This document shows, piece after piece, positions 10,569 through 21,388 of a stretch of DNA of 64,000 nt. Source of the DNA: Acidobacteriota bacterium (GTDB lineage: Bacteria; Acidobacteriota; UBA890; WLXD01); the NCBI GenBank assembly GCA_965248695.1, contig CBDFKD010000002.1, forward strand, positions 160,001 to 224,000, written 5' to 3'. The translations under genes were made by a program, and so were the position numbers. The notes under the pieces are model-generated. The model ran no database searches and was not told where the DNA came from. It saw only the letters and a list, made by a program, of their open reading frames with translations. Each line of letters begins with the position of its first letter. Position 1 is the first letter of the stretch.

Positions 10569-11882
10569 TCAGCGAACGAGAAGAACGCGATCGTTGGCCG
10601 GATACAGCCACTCGACGCCACGCTCGGTAACGATCGCGTCGTCCTCCAGGGGTATGCGGATCTTCGCGCCACCCCATTCCGGTGCCGCCGTGTAGGCGAA
10701 CAGCTCGATCGACAGGAGGTTGGTCGGCTGGATCTCGAACGTCAGGCGCAGCGGGTTGAACCACGCAATCGACGGGCCGACGCCGTGACCGAGGTTCCCA
10801 ACCGAGTGGCAACCGATGATGACCTCGGTCTTGTCGCTACCGGAGATGACGTTGAACTCCTTCATCATCTCGAAGCCGCCAGCGGTGATCTCGTCGTGCA
10901 ACCGCTCGAGCATGTCGGCGGCGGTCGGCCCCGGCTTGATGGTGCGTCGAATGATGTCACGCACCTTCCGAGCTTGATCGAAGGCGTTCTGGATGCCCGC
11001 CGGCGCTGCCGCTTCGCCCGCGCGCAACACGTAGGCGATGCGCTTCATGTCCGTGTACATGTTCAGGAACCCAACGCCCCAGTCGATCATCAGCAGATCG
11101 CCGCGCTGGATGATGCGCTCATTGGACGTCGCTACGATCCCTTCGGGGCCGGTGATGTAGATCGACGGAAAGTCGAAGGAGGTTTCCAATCCCCGCGCCA
11201 AGAGCTCGTCCATGATCCACCAGGCCACGTCCTCCAGCGCTGTCACGCCAGGCGTGATGACCTCGTTCGACAACGCCCGCTCGGCGATCTCACGCGACAG
11301 CTCGCCGGCCTCAGCGAAGGCGGCGATCTCGCTCGCTACGCGACGGGAGCGGAAATCCGAGATCAGCTTCTCGGCCGATACAAGCCGTTCGGCGTATGGC
11401 TCGCCGAGCGTCTCCACCAGGTGTACGTAGCTGCTGTGCGACAGCCCATCGGCACCGCCGATCTGGTGCGACATGTTGACCGCGATGCGCTCGGGGTTGC
11501 GCGCCAGCACGAACTCGCGCAGCTCCGTTGCCCCGACGATGTCGTAGGCACCGTTCTCCTCCAGGAGGTAGCCGCTGATACCCAGTGCGGCACGCTCGAT
11601 GCGCCCGCCCCGATCCGTGAAGATGTAATAGCCGGTGCTGCCAACGTAGCCGCGCCCCAGGTCCTCCGTCAGCGGATCCGGCGACCCCTCCTTGACGACG
11701 GTGATCCACATGTCGACGCGATTCTGTCGCATCGCCTCCGGCAGCACGTAATCGAACTTGTCGCGCCGGATCTGCGCCATACGTTCCCAGCGCCGTCTGG
11801 CTTCCTGGCCGCCGGCGTCCCCAGGAATCAGGGTGGTGAGGCACAAGAGCAGGCAGGCAAGAGCTCCGAGTTGTCGACGCAC
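10569..11882 (-). CDS. M24 family (Xaa-Pro-like) metallopeptidase
   Basis: Pita-bread metal ligands IDWG, TDMKR, CHSVG..GH, SIE, LEDD; GTG start at 11882 preceded by GGAG. Confidence 0.8.
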   Translation of the reverse strand: MRRQLGALACLLLCLTTLIPGDAGGQEARRRWERMAQIRRDKFDYVLPEAMRQNRVDMWITVVKEGSPDPLTEDLGRGYVGSTGYYIFTDRGGRIERAALGISGYLLEENGAYDIVGATELREFVLARNPERIAVNMSHQIGGADGLSHSSYVHLVETLGEPYAERLVSAEKLISDFRSRRVASEIAAFAEAGELSREIAERALSNEVITPGVTALEDVAWWIMDELLARGLETSFDFPSIYITGPEGIVATSNERIIQRGDLLMIDWGVGFLNMYTDMKRIAYVLRAGEAAAPAGIQNAFDQARKVRDIIRRTIKPGPTAADMLERLHDEITAGGFEMMKEFNVISGSDKTEVIIGCHSVGNLGHGVGPSIAWFNPLRLTFEIQPTNLLSIELFAYTAAPEWGGAKIRIPLEDDAIVTERGVEWLYPANDRVLLVR

Positions 11883-11991
11883 AGCGGTCTCCGCGTTGAT
11901 GAAACCCCACCGCAATCGCTGCGTCTATGATGATAGACAACAGTACCGGCGGCGCGAATCGCCGCGACCGGCAGAGCGGAGGAAGGTCAGT

Positions 11992-12192
11992 ATGTGGACG
12001 TTTTTCTTGTGGTTGATCTTGCTGATGATCAGCTGGCCGGTGGCGCTCCTCGCGCTGATCGTCTACCCGTTCGTATGGCTGCTGACCCTGCCGTTCAGGC
12101 TCATCGGCATCGGTGTTTCGACGATCTTCGAGACCCTGCATGCCCTGCTGGCGCTGCCGGCGCGCATGCTCCGAGGTCCGAGCCGAGCCTGA
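11992..12192 (+). CDS. Small (66 aa) membrane protein of unknown function
   Basis: GGAGG upstream of ATG 11992; very hydrophobic (WPVALLALIVYPFVWLLTLPFRLIGI). Confidence 0.65.
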   Translation: MWTFFLWLILLMISWPVALLALIVYPFVWLLTLPFRLIGIGVSTIFETLHALLALPARMLRGPSRA

Positions 12193-12298
12193 GATCAGAT
12201 CGACGCGTCAGGATCATAGCCGACCGGGCTAGTCGCGCACAGCAACGCGGTCGCAGCTCGCCTGGACCCGGCTCAAACGCCTCTGGCGAGAGCGTCGG

Positions 12299-13823
12299 CT
12301 ACGAGGCCGCGCGGCTGCGGAAGGGCACCACCGACGGTCCGGCCGTCTGCTGCAACTTGCTTCGCAACAACGGCTCGATCTCTTCGGGGGGCATTGCCTT
12401 TCCAAGCAAGTGACCTTGCACCGACTCGCAGTCGAGCGCCCGCACGAAGCGTAGCTGGGCATCGTTCTCGATACCCTCTGCGACCACTCCTAGGCGCAGC
12501 TTGTGCGCCATGGCGATGATCGCAGCCACCAGGCTGCAGTTCTCCTGATCCTCGGGCACACCCTCCAAGAACGACCGATCGATCTTCAGAACCTCAGCCG
12601 GAAACCGCCTCAGGTAGCTGAGGGAGGAATACCCGGTTCCGAAGTCGTCGACCGACAGCCCGACGCCCATGGCACGGAGCGCGTGGGTGTTGGCCACCGT
12701 CCCCGGGGTGGCGCGCATGAGCACGCCCTCGGTGATCTCGAAGCGGAGAAAAGACGCGTCGACCCCATGCGTGTCGAGGATCGACCGCACCCGATCGACG
12801 AAGCCAGTATGCCGGAACTGGCGTGCCGATACGTTGATCGCCACGGTCACACGCCCGACGCCACCGTCGAGCCACTCGCGCCACTGCTTGCAAGCGCGCT
12901 CGATCACCCACTCGCCGAGTGGCAGGATGAGTCCGGTCTCCTCGGCCACCGGTATGAACCGCGATGGCGAGACCGGCCCGAGCTCGGGATCCCGCCAACG
13001 AATCAGGCAACCCGGTGAGCGTGTCGCGATAGGCGAGGAAGCGGATCTCAGCCTCGGCCGCCTTGCGATCGGTTACGTCCTGTACGGTACCCAGTAGCCG
13101 CTCATCGCCATGTCGCTGCAGAGCGATCTCGGCGTGCTGGAACACATGCCGAACCTCTCCGTCGCGCTCGCGCGTCCGGTAGCCGATCTGGTCAGATGCA
13201 TCACCGTCTATTCCCCGCTGCAACGCCTTCCGAACGCCTTCGACATCGTCCGGATGCACCTGTTCGAGCCACCGCTCGAGCGCCACGGTGGGCGTCGGTT
13301 CGATCTGGAAGATACGGAACATCTCCTCCGACCACGCGAACGCCCGCTCCTGGGGGAGATGAATCCAGTTGCCTAGGTGAGCGATGCGTTGCGCCGTCGC
13401 CAGGCTGGCGCGGCTCTCGCAGAGATCCCTGAACGCAGCACCGGCCCGCAGCAGATAGCGCACTCGGTGGCGCAGGGTCGTGGCGCACACCGGCTTGTCG
13501 ATAAAGTCGGTGGCCCCCACCTCGTACGCCTGGTCCCGCGACTGCTCATCGCCGTTCCCGGTCATCATCAACACCGGAAGATCGCGCGTCGACTCGCTGG
13601 CCCGCAGGCGACGGCGAAACTCCAGCCCGTCGATGTCAGGCATGCAGACGTCGGTGAGGATGAGGTCCGGAAGGCCTCTGCCGAGCTCGGCGAGCGCTTC
13701 CTCTGCCGAACAAACTTCGACTACCCGAGCGATCGGCCCCAGCGCGGCGGCCGTGTAGAGACGCATCTGGGCGTCGTCGTCGACCAGCAACACCGTCGGC
13801 TGTGAGGAATTGGAGTCCGGCAT
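12299..13823 (-). pseudogene. REC-PAS-(GGDEF deleted)-EAL c-di-GMP signalling gene, internally deleted and frameshifted
   Basis: Receiver (LLVDDD, LTDVCMP, FIDKP) and PAS run to YRDTLTGLP, then the frame shifts at about 13006 into LIRWRDP..FIPVAEETG..EITE..DDFGTGYSSL..LKIDRSF..VAEGIE. Confidence 0.8.
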
Positions 13824-13829
13824 GGTGAT

Positions 13830-13960
13830 TCGTTCGTTAGCGTTTATTGGTCACTATTGATTATTAAAAAATTCTTAACCAGAGACTTAATTTTATTTAA
13901 TCATCAAAACATGTCAAATATAAAGAAAAACGATTAGAAGTTAAATAAACATAGCAAAGC
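13830..13960 (-). promoter_or_regulatory. AT-rich regulatory region upstream of the REC-PAS-EAL gene
   Basis: Abrupt A/T-rich tract (ttattaaaaaattcttaa...ttaattttatttaa...) in a GC-rich window; no ORF. Confidence 0.5.
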
Positions 13961-14035
13961 TTGACCGGACATGGCCACTATTGATCATCCCTGCCTATGC
14001 GATCCCGTTGAGAGCCAGCCGGTCGAGTGATCGAG

Positions 14036-15253
14036 CTAGCGGCTGCCGCCGGCAAGCCGCAGCGCCTCGGGCATGCGACGCAGCGCAGCCATGCTGGCGA
14101 TCCCGAAAGCGGGACCGACCGCAAGCACCGCGAACGCGACGCCCCAACCGAGTGAGTCCGCCAGCGACGGGATCAGACGGACGGTGATCGTCGTCAGCAG
14201 GAACCCCATCGCGGTCTGCATGGTGAGCGCCGTGCCGACGTACGCCGGATCGCTCAGCTCGCTGACCGCGGCGCTGAACTGGGCGCTGTCGGCAACGACC
14301 GTGAACCCCCACACCAGGCAGATAGCGGTCAACAGCAACGGCCAGGGACCGAACCATCCGACGACCAGTGCACAGCCGCCGGATATCCCCATCGCGACCG
14401 AGGTCGTCGCCGTTCGGCCGACGCGATCGGCGACGGCCCCGGCGATCACGGAGCCGATCCCGCCCACGGCGATGACGGCGAACCCGGCCAGGCGTGCGGC
14501 CAGTTCGCCGTAGCCCGCGGCGCGATAGCTCTCCAACAGGAAGAGAGGCGCCCACGCCCACATCGCGTAGAGTTCCCACATGTGGCCCAGGTAGCCGAAG
14601 TTGGCCCTTCGGCTTGCCGGATCGCTGAGGCTGCGCGCCGCCTGGCGCCACTTGAACCGCGTAGCAGGTGGCAGATAAGGCCCCGGGCGAACCGCCCAGC
14701 TGATGATGGCCACCGACACCAGCGCCGACACCGAGGCAGTGAGCATCACTACCCGCCACGGTGGAAGCCCGTCCGGTGAGGTGGAGAGCGGCAACATGCT
14801 GAACAGGTGCGGCAATGCCGTCCCCATCGTGGTGGCGGCCACCAGCGCGCCGATCGCGAGCCCGCGGCCGCGCTCGAACCAACTCGCCATCAGCTTCATC
14901 GCCGGCGGGTACACGCCCGCTAGACAGGCGCCGGTGGCGCCTCGCAGCAGAAGCACCGCCGGCAAGCCCGGTTCGAATAGGGGAATCGCGGCGTTGAGCG
15001 CAGCGCCGAGCAGCGCGCCGAGCTGGAATAGACGATGGGCGGCCAGTCGGTCGGCGACATTGCTGATCGCCAGTCCCAGCGCCCCGACCACGAAGCCAAG
15101 CTGAACGCTGACCGTCAGCCAGGCACGCTCACCGGCATCGAGGCCCCATTCGGCCGTCAGCGACGGAACGACAGCCGACGCCGACATCCACAACGACATC
15201 GCCAACAGCTCCGCCAGCGACAACCACAGCAAGACTCGCCACCGGTCGGCCAT
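14036..15253 (-). CDS. MFS transporter
   Basis: About 12 TM segments; motif A GAVADRVGR; GYLGHMWELYAMW. Confidence 0.9.
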   Translation of the reverse strand: MADRWRVLLWLSLAELLAMSLWMSASAVVPSLTAEWGLDAGERAWLTVSVQLGFVVGALGLAISNVADRLAAHRLFQLGALLGAALNAAIPLFEPGLPAVLLLRGATGACLAGVYPPAMKLMASWFERGRGLAIGALVAATTMGTALPHLFSMLPLSTSPDGLPPWRVVMLTASVSALVSVAIISWAVRPGPYLPPATRFKWRQAARSLSDPASRRANFGYLGHMWELYAMWAWAPLFLLESYRAAGYGELAARLAGFAVIAVGGIGSVIAGAVADRVGRTATTSVAMGISGGCALVVGWFGPWPLLLTAICLVWGFTVVADSAQFSAAVSELSDPAYVGTALTMQTAMGFLLTTITVRLIPSLADSLGWGVAFAVLAVGPAFGIASMAALRRMPEALRLAGGSR

Positions 15254-15360
15254 CGCGGCATCATAGACGAGGACAGCGGGCTGCCGTTCCGGGCCCGCGT
15301 TGCATCGATGCCCTCGCCGGTCCGTACTCGCTCGGGCACGACAAACCTCACGGAGGGAGC

Positions 15361-15717
15361 ATGAAGCTGGCGCACACCATGATTCGGGTCAGGGACCTGG
15401 AAGCGTCGATCGCGTTCTATAGCGGCTTCCTCGGCCTGAACGAGGTGCGACGAAAGGGGATGAACGATGCGACGCTGGTTTTCCTCGCCGACGTCGACGA
15501 ACACCACTACATCGAGCTCACCTACAACCACGACGGGCGCGACTACGAAGCCGGTGACCAGTTCGGTCACCTGGCGTTCCACGCTGATGACCTCGAGGCG
15601 GTGGTGAGCGATGTGGAGGCGCGTGGCTGGTGGTACCGACGCTCGCAACCCGACCCGGGCCGCTACATCTTCGTCAAGGACCCCGACGGGTACGATATCG
15701 AGATCCTGCAGGCCTAG
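15361..15717 (+). CDS. VOC family protein / lactoylglutathione lyase
   Basis: HTMIRV, IELTYN, FGHLAF, FVKDPDGYDIE; GGAGGG RBS. Confidence 0.85.
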   Translation: MKLAHTMIRVRDLEASIAFYSGFLGLNEVRRKGMNDATLVFLADVDEHHYIELTYNHDGRDYEAGDQFGHLAFHADDLEAVVSDVEARGWWYRRSQPDPGRYIFVKDPDGYDIEILQA

Positions 15718-15734
15718 CTGATCGGGAGGCGGTC

Positions 15735-16898
15735 TCAGCTCTCGGGATAACCCGTCATCTCCACGAAGCCGTGTGCGCGAACGGCCCTGCCCGCGGCGGT
15801 GCCTGACGCGCTCACCATGCCCTCCCAGTAGCGGAACGTGGCGGCGAACTCCTGATCGGCCAGCCGGGGCTCCACATCGAGCTCGAGCGCGATGCTCGGG
15901 ACTCGGATTCGCCATCGCGACGGATACGACACATCCTCACGGCTACGCCACCGGTCGACGACCTGCACGTCGAAATCTGACCGCCGTAGGTGGACCGAGG
16001 AACCGTCACGATGTACCAACGTGCCGCTGCTCACCGGATCGTTGGTGCCGTCAGCCCGACGCATCAGGTACAGCATCAGCTCACGATCGTCGGACAGCTG
16101 CAGCGAGAACCAGTCCCAGCCGACCTGGTCCGTCTCGAGTGCGCTGGTGCTCCACTCGCGGTCGAACCAACTCGCCCCTGCCACCGCGTGGCTGGTGGCG
16201 CCAATCCGGACGACTCCCGTCGTCCGCAGCCGCGTGACGCTGTAGTAATGCGACGCATTGCCGGGACTTGCACCCTTGCGGCTGAGACCGTTGTCGCCCT
16301 GGGCAACGACGGGTTTCATCGGTTGCAGTCGGAGGTCGACGGCGAATCCCTCCTCTGCCGCTTGCAAGCGCAGCTCCGGAAGTTCGAGCGAGCTCGTATC
16401 TGCGGCCGGAGAAGCGGCGTCGAGGCGCCAGCTCTCGAGCCAGACGGAGAAAGGCTCGGCGGTCGTACCCGCCAGCCCGAGAGCCCCGCGGGCGAACCGC
16501 TCGGCGAAATGAAACTCCTGCGACGCCACGTCGCTCAGAGCGAAATGCCCCATGTAGAGGTTCCGCGCTCCCCAAGCCGACTGGCGTGGCAACGATGCCG
16601 CAGCCAGCGCGGTGCGGAAGAAGGTCAACTGGTAGCCGAAGTCATCACCGTCATCATCGGTGAGCTGACCCGTCAAATACCACCATTCGTTACGGAAATC
16701 GGCATGCTCGGCATGATCGCGCGGAAACACGAACGGCCTCGGCCGCTCGGCGCGCGCAAAGTCGCCCACTTCTCCACCCAGGATGGAAGTCACCGAGAGT
16801 CGGGCTCGTGACGGCGTCGGCACGGCCGGTGAGCAAGTGGCCATGGGGACCAGAACCGCGGCGGAGAGCAATCGCGTGGCAAGCCGATGCACGATCAT
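15735..16898 (-). CDS. AttH/CrtC-like lipocalin-domain protein
   Basis: FPRDH..H..FRNEWWY, GYQLTFFR, SWFDREWS, GWDWF, YWEG, GFVEMTGY; ATG 16898 overlaps the permease stop (ATGA). Confidence 0.85.
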   Translation of the reverse strand: MIVHRLATRLLSAAVLVPMATCSPAVPTPSRARLSVTSILGGEVGDFARAERPRPFVFPRDHAEHADFRNEWWYLTGQLTDDDGDDFGYQLTFFRTALAAASLPRQSAWGARNLYMGHFALSDVASQEFHFAERFARGALGLAGTTAEPFSVWLESWRLDAASPAADTSSLELPELRLQAAEEGFAVDLRLQPMKPVVAQGDNGLSRKGASPGNASHYYSVTRLRTTGVVRIGATSHAVAGASWFDREWSTSALETDQVGWDWFSLQLSDDRELMLYLMRRADGTNDPVSSGTLVHRDGSSVHLRRSDFDVQVVDRWRSREDVSYPSRWRIRVPSIALELDVEPRLADQEFAATFRYWEGMVSASGTAAGRAVRAHGFVEMTGYPES

Positions 16899-19462
16899 TC
16901 CTCGCGCAGCGCCGCAACGGGCGGCAGCTGGGCGATCCGGGCTGCTGGCCAGAGTCCTGCCAGCAAGGCTGCGATGATCGCCAGTGCGAGCGCCTGCAGG
17001 AGGATCTCTGGCGGCACGTGCATCTGCAGAGTCCAACCGAACGAGCGCTTGTTGATGACGTGGACCATCACCCAAGCAAGGCCGAGGCCGAGCGGGATGG
17101 CCAGCGCCCCGGCGATGAAGCCGACGAGGCCGGTTTGTGAGGTCACCATCGCCCACAACTGCGGCGGCGTGAGGCCGGTAGCGCGCAGAACCCCGTACTC
17201 GCGCGTGTTTTCGAGCTGTATCGCCATCAACGCGCTGAGCACGCCGATGAAAGCGACCAGCATCACCAGCGTTCGCAGCACGCCGGTGATCAAGAACGTG
17301 CGATCGAAGATCTGCAACGAGCGCTGGCGTATGACCCGGTTCGTGATGATCACCACCCGTTGATCCTGGAAGATGTCGCGCAGGTCCGCGGCGAGCGCTT
17401 CGAGCGGCGTGCCGGGCAGCGCCGTCACCGACAACCCGTTGTTGCCGCGATCGGCCCACCAGCGATCATAGGTGCCCCGATGCATCAGAACCGCGCCCTG
17501 GTCGCTGGCGTAGCTGTAGTAGATCCCGGCCACGCGGAAGTCTCTATCGCCACGCCCGGTGCGCAGCGTGACGTCATCGCCCACCGCCGTGCCGTGACGG
17601 GAGGCGTATGGCTCCGACACCAGCACGTCGCCGTCGACGAACCGTCGCCAGGCACTGGCGTCGCCCGCCTTCAATCGATACGCCGACCCGTCGTCGACTC
17701 CATCCTCTATGGCGATGAGCGCTACCTGCGCGTCGCCGGCGGGGATCGTCACCACGCGGATCGTGCCGATCCTGAGGATCGACGGGTGCGCCTCGAGCGC
17801 CGCTCGTACCGACTCGTCGAGCGCCAGATCCGGCGCCGCGCGCCGCGCCGTAGCTGGCGACACATAGAGATCCGCCTGCAGAGTGTAGTCGAGCCAGCGC
17901 ACCAGCGTGAATCGGAAGCTGGCGACCATCACGCCGACTCCGATGACGACCGCTACCGCGATCATCAGGGCCGCCACCGCCACCGCTGTCCGACTCAGGC
18001 CCGCCGCCACGCCACGCGTCGATAGTGTGCCCACGGGTCCGAGGCGCCGGAACAGTAGTCGGTGCAGCAGACCGGCGATCGTCCGCGTAGCCAGAGGCGT
18101 CAACAACGCCGCCCCCAGCAACACGGCAAACAAGCCGGCGAACGCCGGCACCAGGCTCGCCGACGGAAGCGCGATGGCGCCGGCGCCCAGCACCCACAGG
18201 AGCACCGCCGCGGACGCCAGCCGCGGGGTCAGCAGCCGCGTCCGAGATTCGATCTCGGAGCGTGCCAGAGCCTTGCGCGGCGAGGTCCGGGTTGCCTCAC
18301 GGGCCGGCATCAGAGCCGCTGCCACGGTGGCGCCGAGCCCCAACACGCAGGCCATCACGATGCTCGACGGTGATACGGACAGCTCGCGCACCGTGACCGC
18401 GAAGTAAAGGTCGTTAACGGTACGCGTAACGAGGCTCACGAGGAGGCGCCCGAGCGCGATGCCGCCTACCAACCCGAGCAGAGTGCCCACCGTACCCACC
18501 ACCAACGCCTCGCCGATTACCAGGCGAAAGACTTCTGCCCGGGTCACGCCGAGGGCGCGCAGGGCACCGATCAGCGATCGTCGCTGCACCACCGAGAACG
18601 TCATTGTGTTGTAGATGAGGAACATGCCGCTGACCATGGCGAGCAGGCTCATGGCGCGAAGGTTGGTCCGGAACGCACTGGTCATCTGCATCGTCGCAGC
18701 GGCGCGCGCCCCGGCGACGACAATCTGCGCATCGAGGGGCAAGTCCTTCTCGATGCGCGCCAGGGCGCTCTTCTCATGAGCACCTTCGAGCCGCAGATCA
18801 ATGCGCGTGAGGCGTCCCAGCATGCCCAGCAGCTCTTGCGCCGTGGAGATGTCCGTCACCAGTACATCCTCCAGCCCGGCGCGGTCGTACCCTTCGCCCA
18901 GCACGGCGACCACCGACAACCGATCGTTGCGGCCGTCCGCCACGACATCGAGCACGCCGCCCACGGCCACACCGAGCGCCGCCGCGGTCGCTGCGGTCAG
19001 CACAGTTGCGCCCGGCTGAACGATCATCGTTCCCAGCGGCAGCGACTCCGTCCCGTCGAGCTCCGGAGCCCCGGCGACGCTTCCGCCGAGGTAGGTCCGT
19101 ACCTGTCCCTCCGCTAGCGGATCGACCCCCAGTACGCGCAGGACTCGCGCCGGGTCGTCGGCAAGGGAAACGTAGCCTTCGACCACCGGCGCGGCGGTGC
19201 GGATATCGAGATCGATGCGCAAGCGACGATAGGTCGCTTCGTCCAGGCCGCCGCTGCCGGCTTCAATCTGGTGAGTGGTGCTCCCGGTAAGAGCGGCCGT
19301 CGAGAGCTCGAAGGCGCGCTGCGCCGACCCCGTCGCGAGATCAACAGAAACCGCGACGCCGACCCCGAGCGCGACACCCAGCACCGAGAGCGCCAGCTGC
19401 CAGCGATGCCGCTGCAGATATCGGTAGCTACTGCGCCACAGCAGCCGACCAGGAAGGGGCAT
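16895..19462 (-). CDS. ABC transporter permease with two FtsX/MacB-type halves (AttF/G-like)
   Basis: GVALGV, SVVQRR..IGALRALG, REYGVLRATG, INKRSFGWT. Confidence 0.88.
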   Translation of the reverse strand: MPLPGRLLWRSSYRYLQRHRWQLALSVLGVALGVGVAVSVDLATGSAQRAFELSTAALTGSTTHQIEAGSGGLDEATYRRLRIDLDIRTAAPVVEGYVSLADDPARVLRVLGVDPLAEGQVRTYLGGSVAGAPELDGTESLPLGTMIVQPGATVLTAATAAALGVAVGGVLDVVADGRNDRLSVVAVLGEGYDRAGLEDVLVTDISTAQELLGMLGRLTRIDLRLEGAHEKSALARIEKDLPLDAQIVVAGARAAATMQMTSAFRTNLRAMSLLAMVSGMFLIYNTMTFSVVQRRSLIGALRALGVTRAEVFRLVIGEALVVGTVGTLLGLVGGIALGRLLVSLVTRTVNDLYFAVTVRELSVSPSSIVMACVLGLGATVAAALMPAREATRTSPRKALARSEIESRTRLLTPRLASAAVLLWVLGAGAIALPSASLVPAFAGLFAVLLGAALLTPLATRTIAGLLHRLLFRRLGPVGTLSTRGVAAGLSRTAVAVAALMIAVAVVIGVGVMVASFRFTLVRWLDYTLQADLYVSPATARRAAPDLALDESVRAALEAHPSILRIGTIRVVTIPAGDAQVALIAIEDGVDDGSAYRLKAGDASAWRRFVDGDVLVSEPYASRHGTAVGDDVTLRTGRGDRDFRVAGIYYSYASDQGAVLMHRGTYDRWWADRGNNGLSVTALPGTPLEALAADLRDIFQDQRVVIITNRVIRQRSLQIFDRTFLITGVLRTLVMLVAFIGVLSALMAIQLENTREYGVLRATGLTPPQLWAMVTSQTGLVGFIAGALAIPLGLGLAWVMVHVINKRSFGWTLQMHVPPEILLQALALAIIAALLAGLWPAARIAQLPPVAALREE

Positions 19463-19464
19463 GC

Positions 19465-20178
19465 CTAGCCGTCCCCCGAGCTCGCGTTCGGAAGCTCGTC
19501 CAATCGCCCGTCGCGGATCCGCAGCAACCTATCCGCGGTGGCTGCGATTTCATAACTGTGCGTGGCCATGATCAGCGTGCGGTCTCGCTGTCGGACCAGC
19601 CGGTCCAGCAGGTCGAGAACCTCGCCACCGGTCTCGATGTCGAGGTTGCCGGTGGGCTCGTCGGCCAACAACAGCTCGGGATCGTGCGATAGCGCCCGTG
19701 CAATGGCGAGGCGCTGCTGCTCCCCGCCCGAGAGCCGGTCGGGGAAGCTGTCCAGACGGTCCGCCAGCCCGACCTGGTCCAGCAGGTCACGACCGGCGGA
19801 GCGCGTTCGCTCGCTCAACGTGCCGCACAGTTCGAGCGGGAGAAGGACATTCTCCTCGACTGTCAACGTCGGCAGCAAGTTGAAGAACTGGAACACGAAG
19901 CCGACGCGGCGGCGACGAAACAGAGTTCGATCGCGCTCACTCAACGCGTCGATCCGCAGGCCGCCAACATGAACCTCCCCGCTGGTCGGCGAGTCCATCC
20001 CTGCGATGAGGTTCAGCAGCGTCGATTTTCCCGATCCACTGCGTCCGAGAACCACGACGAACTCACCGCGCCCGATGCTCGTACTGACGCCGCCGAGTAT
20101 CCGGCGGATGACACCGGCCTCGCCGTAGTCCTTCACCAGATCCCGCAGCACGACCATCGCGCCAGCCGACCCAGACAA
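19465..20178 (-). CDS. ABC transporter ATP-binding protein (LolD/AttE-like)
   Basis: Walker A GRSGSGKS, signature LSGGEQQR, Walker [13 protein letters not shown]. Confidence 0.92.
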   Translation of the reverse strand: MSGSAGAMVVLRDLVKDYGEAGVIRRILGGVSTSIGRGEFVVVLGRSGSGKSTLLNLIAGMDSPTSGEVHVGGLRIDALSERDRTLFRRRRVGFVFQFFNLLPTLTVEENVLLPLELCGTLSERTRSAGRDLLDQVGLADRLDSFPDRLSGGEQQRLAIARALSHDPELLLADEPTGNLDIETGGEVLDLLDRLVRQRDRTLIMATHSYEIAATADRLLRIRDGRLDELPNASSGDG

Positions 20179-20179
20179 G

Positions 20180-21388
20180 TCAGCCTGCCGCCGCCATCAC
20201 TTTCTCCAAGAGCCCGTCCTCAATGCCTGGCTGTATCCAGCGGACGACGACGACGAGCTCGTTGCCGGGATCGATCCACAACAGGTTGGCACCGCCCCCG
20301 CGAGCGCCGAACGATTCCTCTGCGACACTCGGCCACAGCTCGGCGCCGGTATTGAGCCACCACATGTGGCCATACCCAGGATTGAGCTCACCGGGAGTCG
20401 TGGCAGCGTCGATCCACTCCTCCGACACGAGCTGCTCGTCGCGCCATACCCCGCGGCGCAGATACAACAGCCCGAACCGGGCCAGATCCCTGGTGGAGAT
20501 CCACAGGCCGCCGCCCCAGTGGCCGCCGCCGCTGACCGATTCCACCTCCTGATCGCCGATCTCGACCATCGAGTTGCGGTAGCCATGCCAGCGCCACGAA
20601 CGGCTGGCGCCGATCGGCGTCATGATCTCCCGTTCCAGAACGTCGGCCAGCGACCGCCCCCATACGCGCGTGGCCGACAACGCGGTGCGATTCACCCTGA
20701 CGTCGTTGTACTCCCAGAACATACCGGGCGCCTGGAGCTCACGATCAGCGCCCTCTCGGCGGTCGGCGGTGTCGGGTTTGCCCCACAGCTCCCCCTCCCA
20801 TTCACTGGTCTGACGCAGCGCATGCTCCCAGGTAATTGATGCGTTCTGATCCGACTCGTAGCCACCGTCGTCCACGCTATCGGCGACGCGGGCGCCCAGA
20901 GCAGCGATCAGGCCGCGGTCGGTGGCCAATCCGACGAGCGTCGCCAGGAAGCTCTTGGTGACGCTGAACACCATATCGACACGGTTCGTGTCGCCCCACT
21001 CGGCGACGATGTAGCCGCGATGCAGCACCATGCCGTTTATCGACCCGCGCTCCTTCACGGCGCCGATGACCTCCTGATGCTCGCGCCCCTCGGACCGGCC
21101 CTCGAGATAGGCGCGCAGATCCGTCGGCACATCGGTCTCGTTGGCCACCGCGTAATCGATGGCCTCTTCCAGCAGCACCGGGCTGAAGCCGGCTTCTGAC
21201 GGCTCCCGGCGCTCCCACGCCTCGCCGCGGGCCGGGAAGTAGATCACCGCATCTTCAGGGTCCTCGAGGAGCTCGGGGTCGAGGATGTCGTCTTCCATGC
21301 AGGCGGCAACGACGATCCCGGCCAGCGAGACCATCAACGCCAGCGGGAGGACTCGTCGCAGACCGCCGGATCCTGGTCGCTGGATCAT
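20180..21388 (-). CDS. Serine hydrolase, beta-lactamase/class C family, probable lipoprotein
   Basis: SxxK (SVTK), YND, GGGHWGGG; lipobox-like VAAC. Confidence 0.82.
   Translation of the reverse strand: MIQRPGSGGLRRVLPLALMVSLAGIVVAACMEDDILDPELLEDPEDAVIYFPARGEAWERREPSEAGFSPVLLEEAIDYAVANETDVPTDLRAYLEGRSEGREHQEVIGAVKERGSINGMVLHRGYIVAEWGDTNRVDMVFSVTKSFLATLVGLATDRGLIAALGARVADSVDDGGYESDQNASITWEHALRQTSEWEGELWGKPDTADRREGADRELQAPGMFWEYNDVRVNRTALSATRVWGRSLADVLEREIMTPIGASRSWRWHGYRNSMVEIGDQEVESVSGGGHWGGGLWISTRDLARFGLLYLRRGVWRDEQLVSEEWIDAATTPGELNPGYGHMWWLNTGAELWPSVAEESFGARGGGANLLWIDPGNELVVVVRWIQPGIEDGLLEKVMAAAG

Noticed and set aside
15735-20178. ABC ATPase, double-FtsX permease and lipocalin-like hydrolase as a novel system
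   Set aside because: Matches the known, widespread AttE/F-G/H-type operon.
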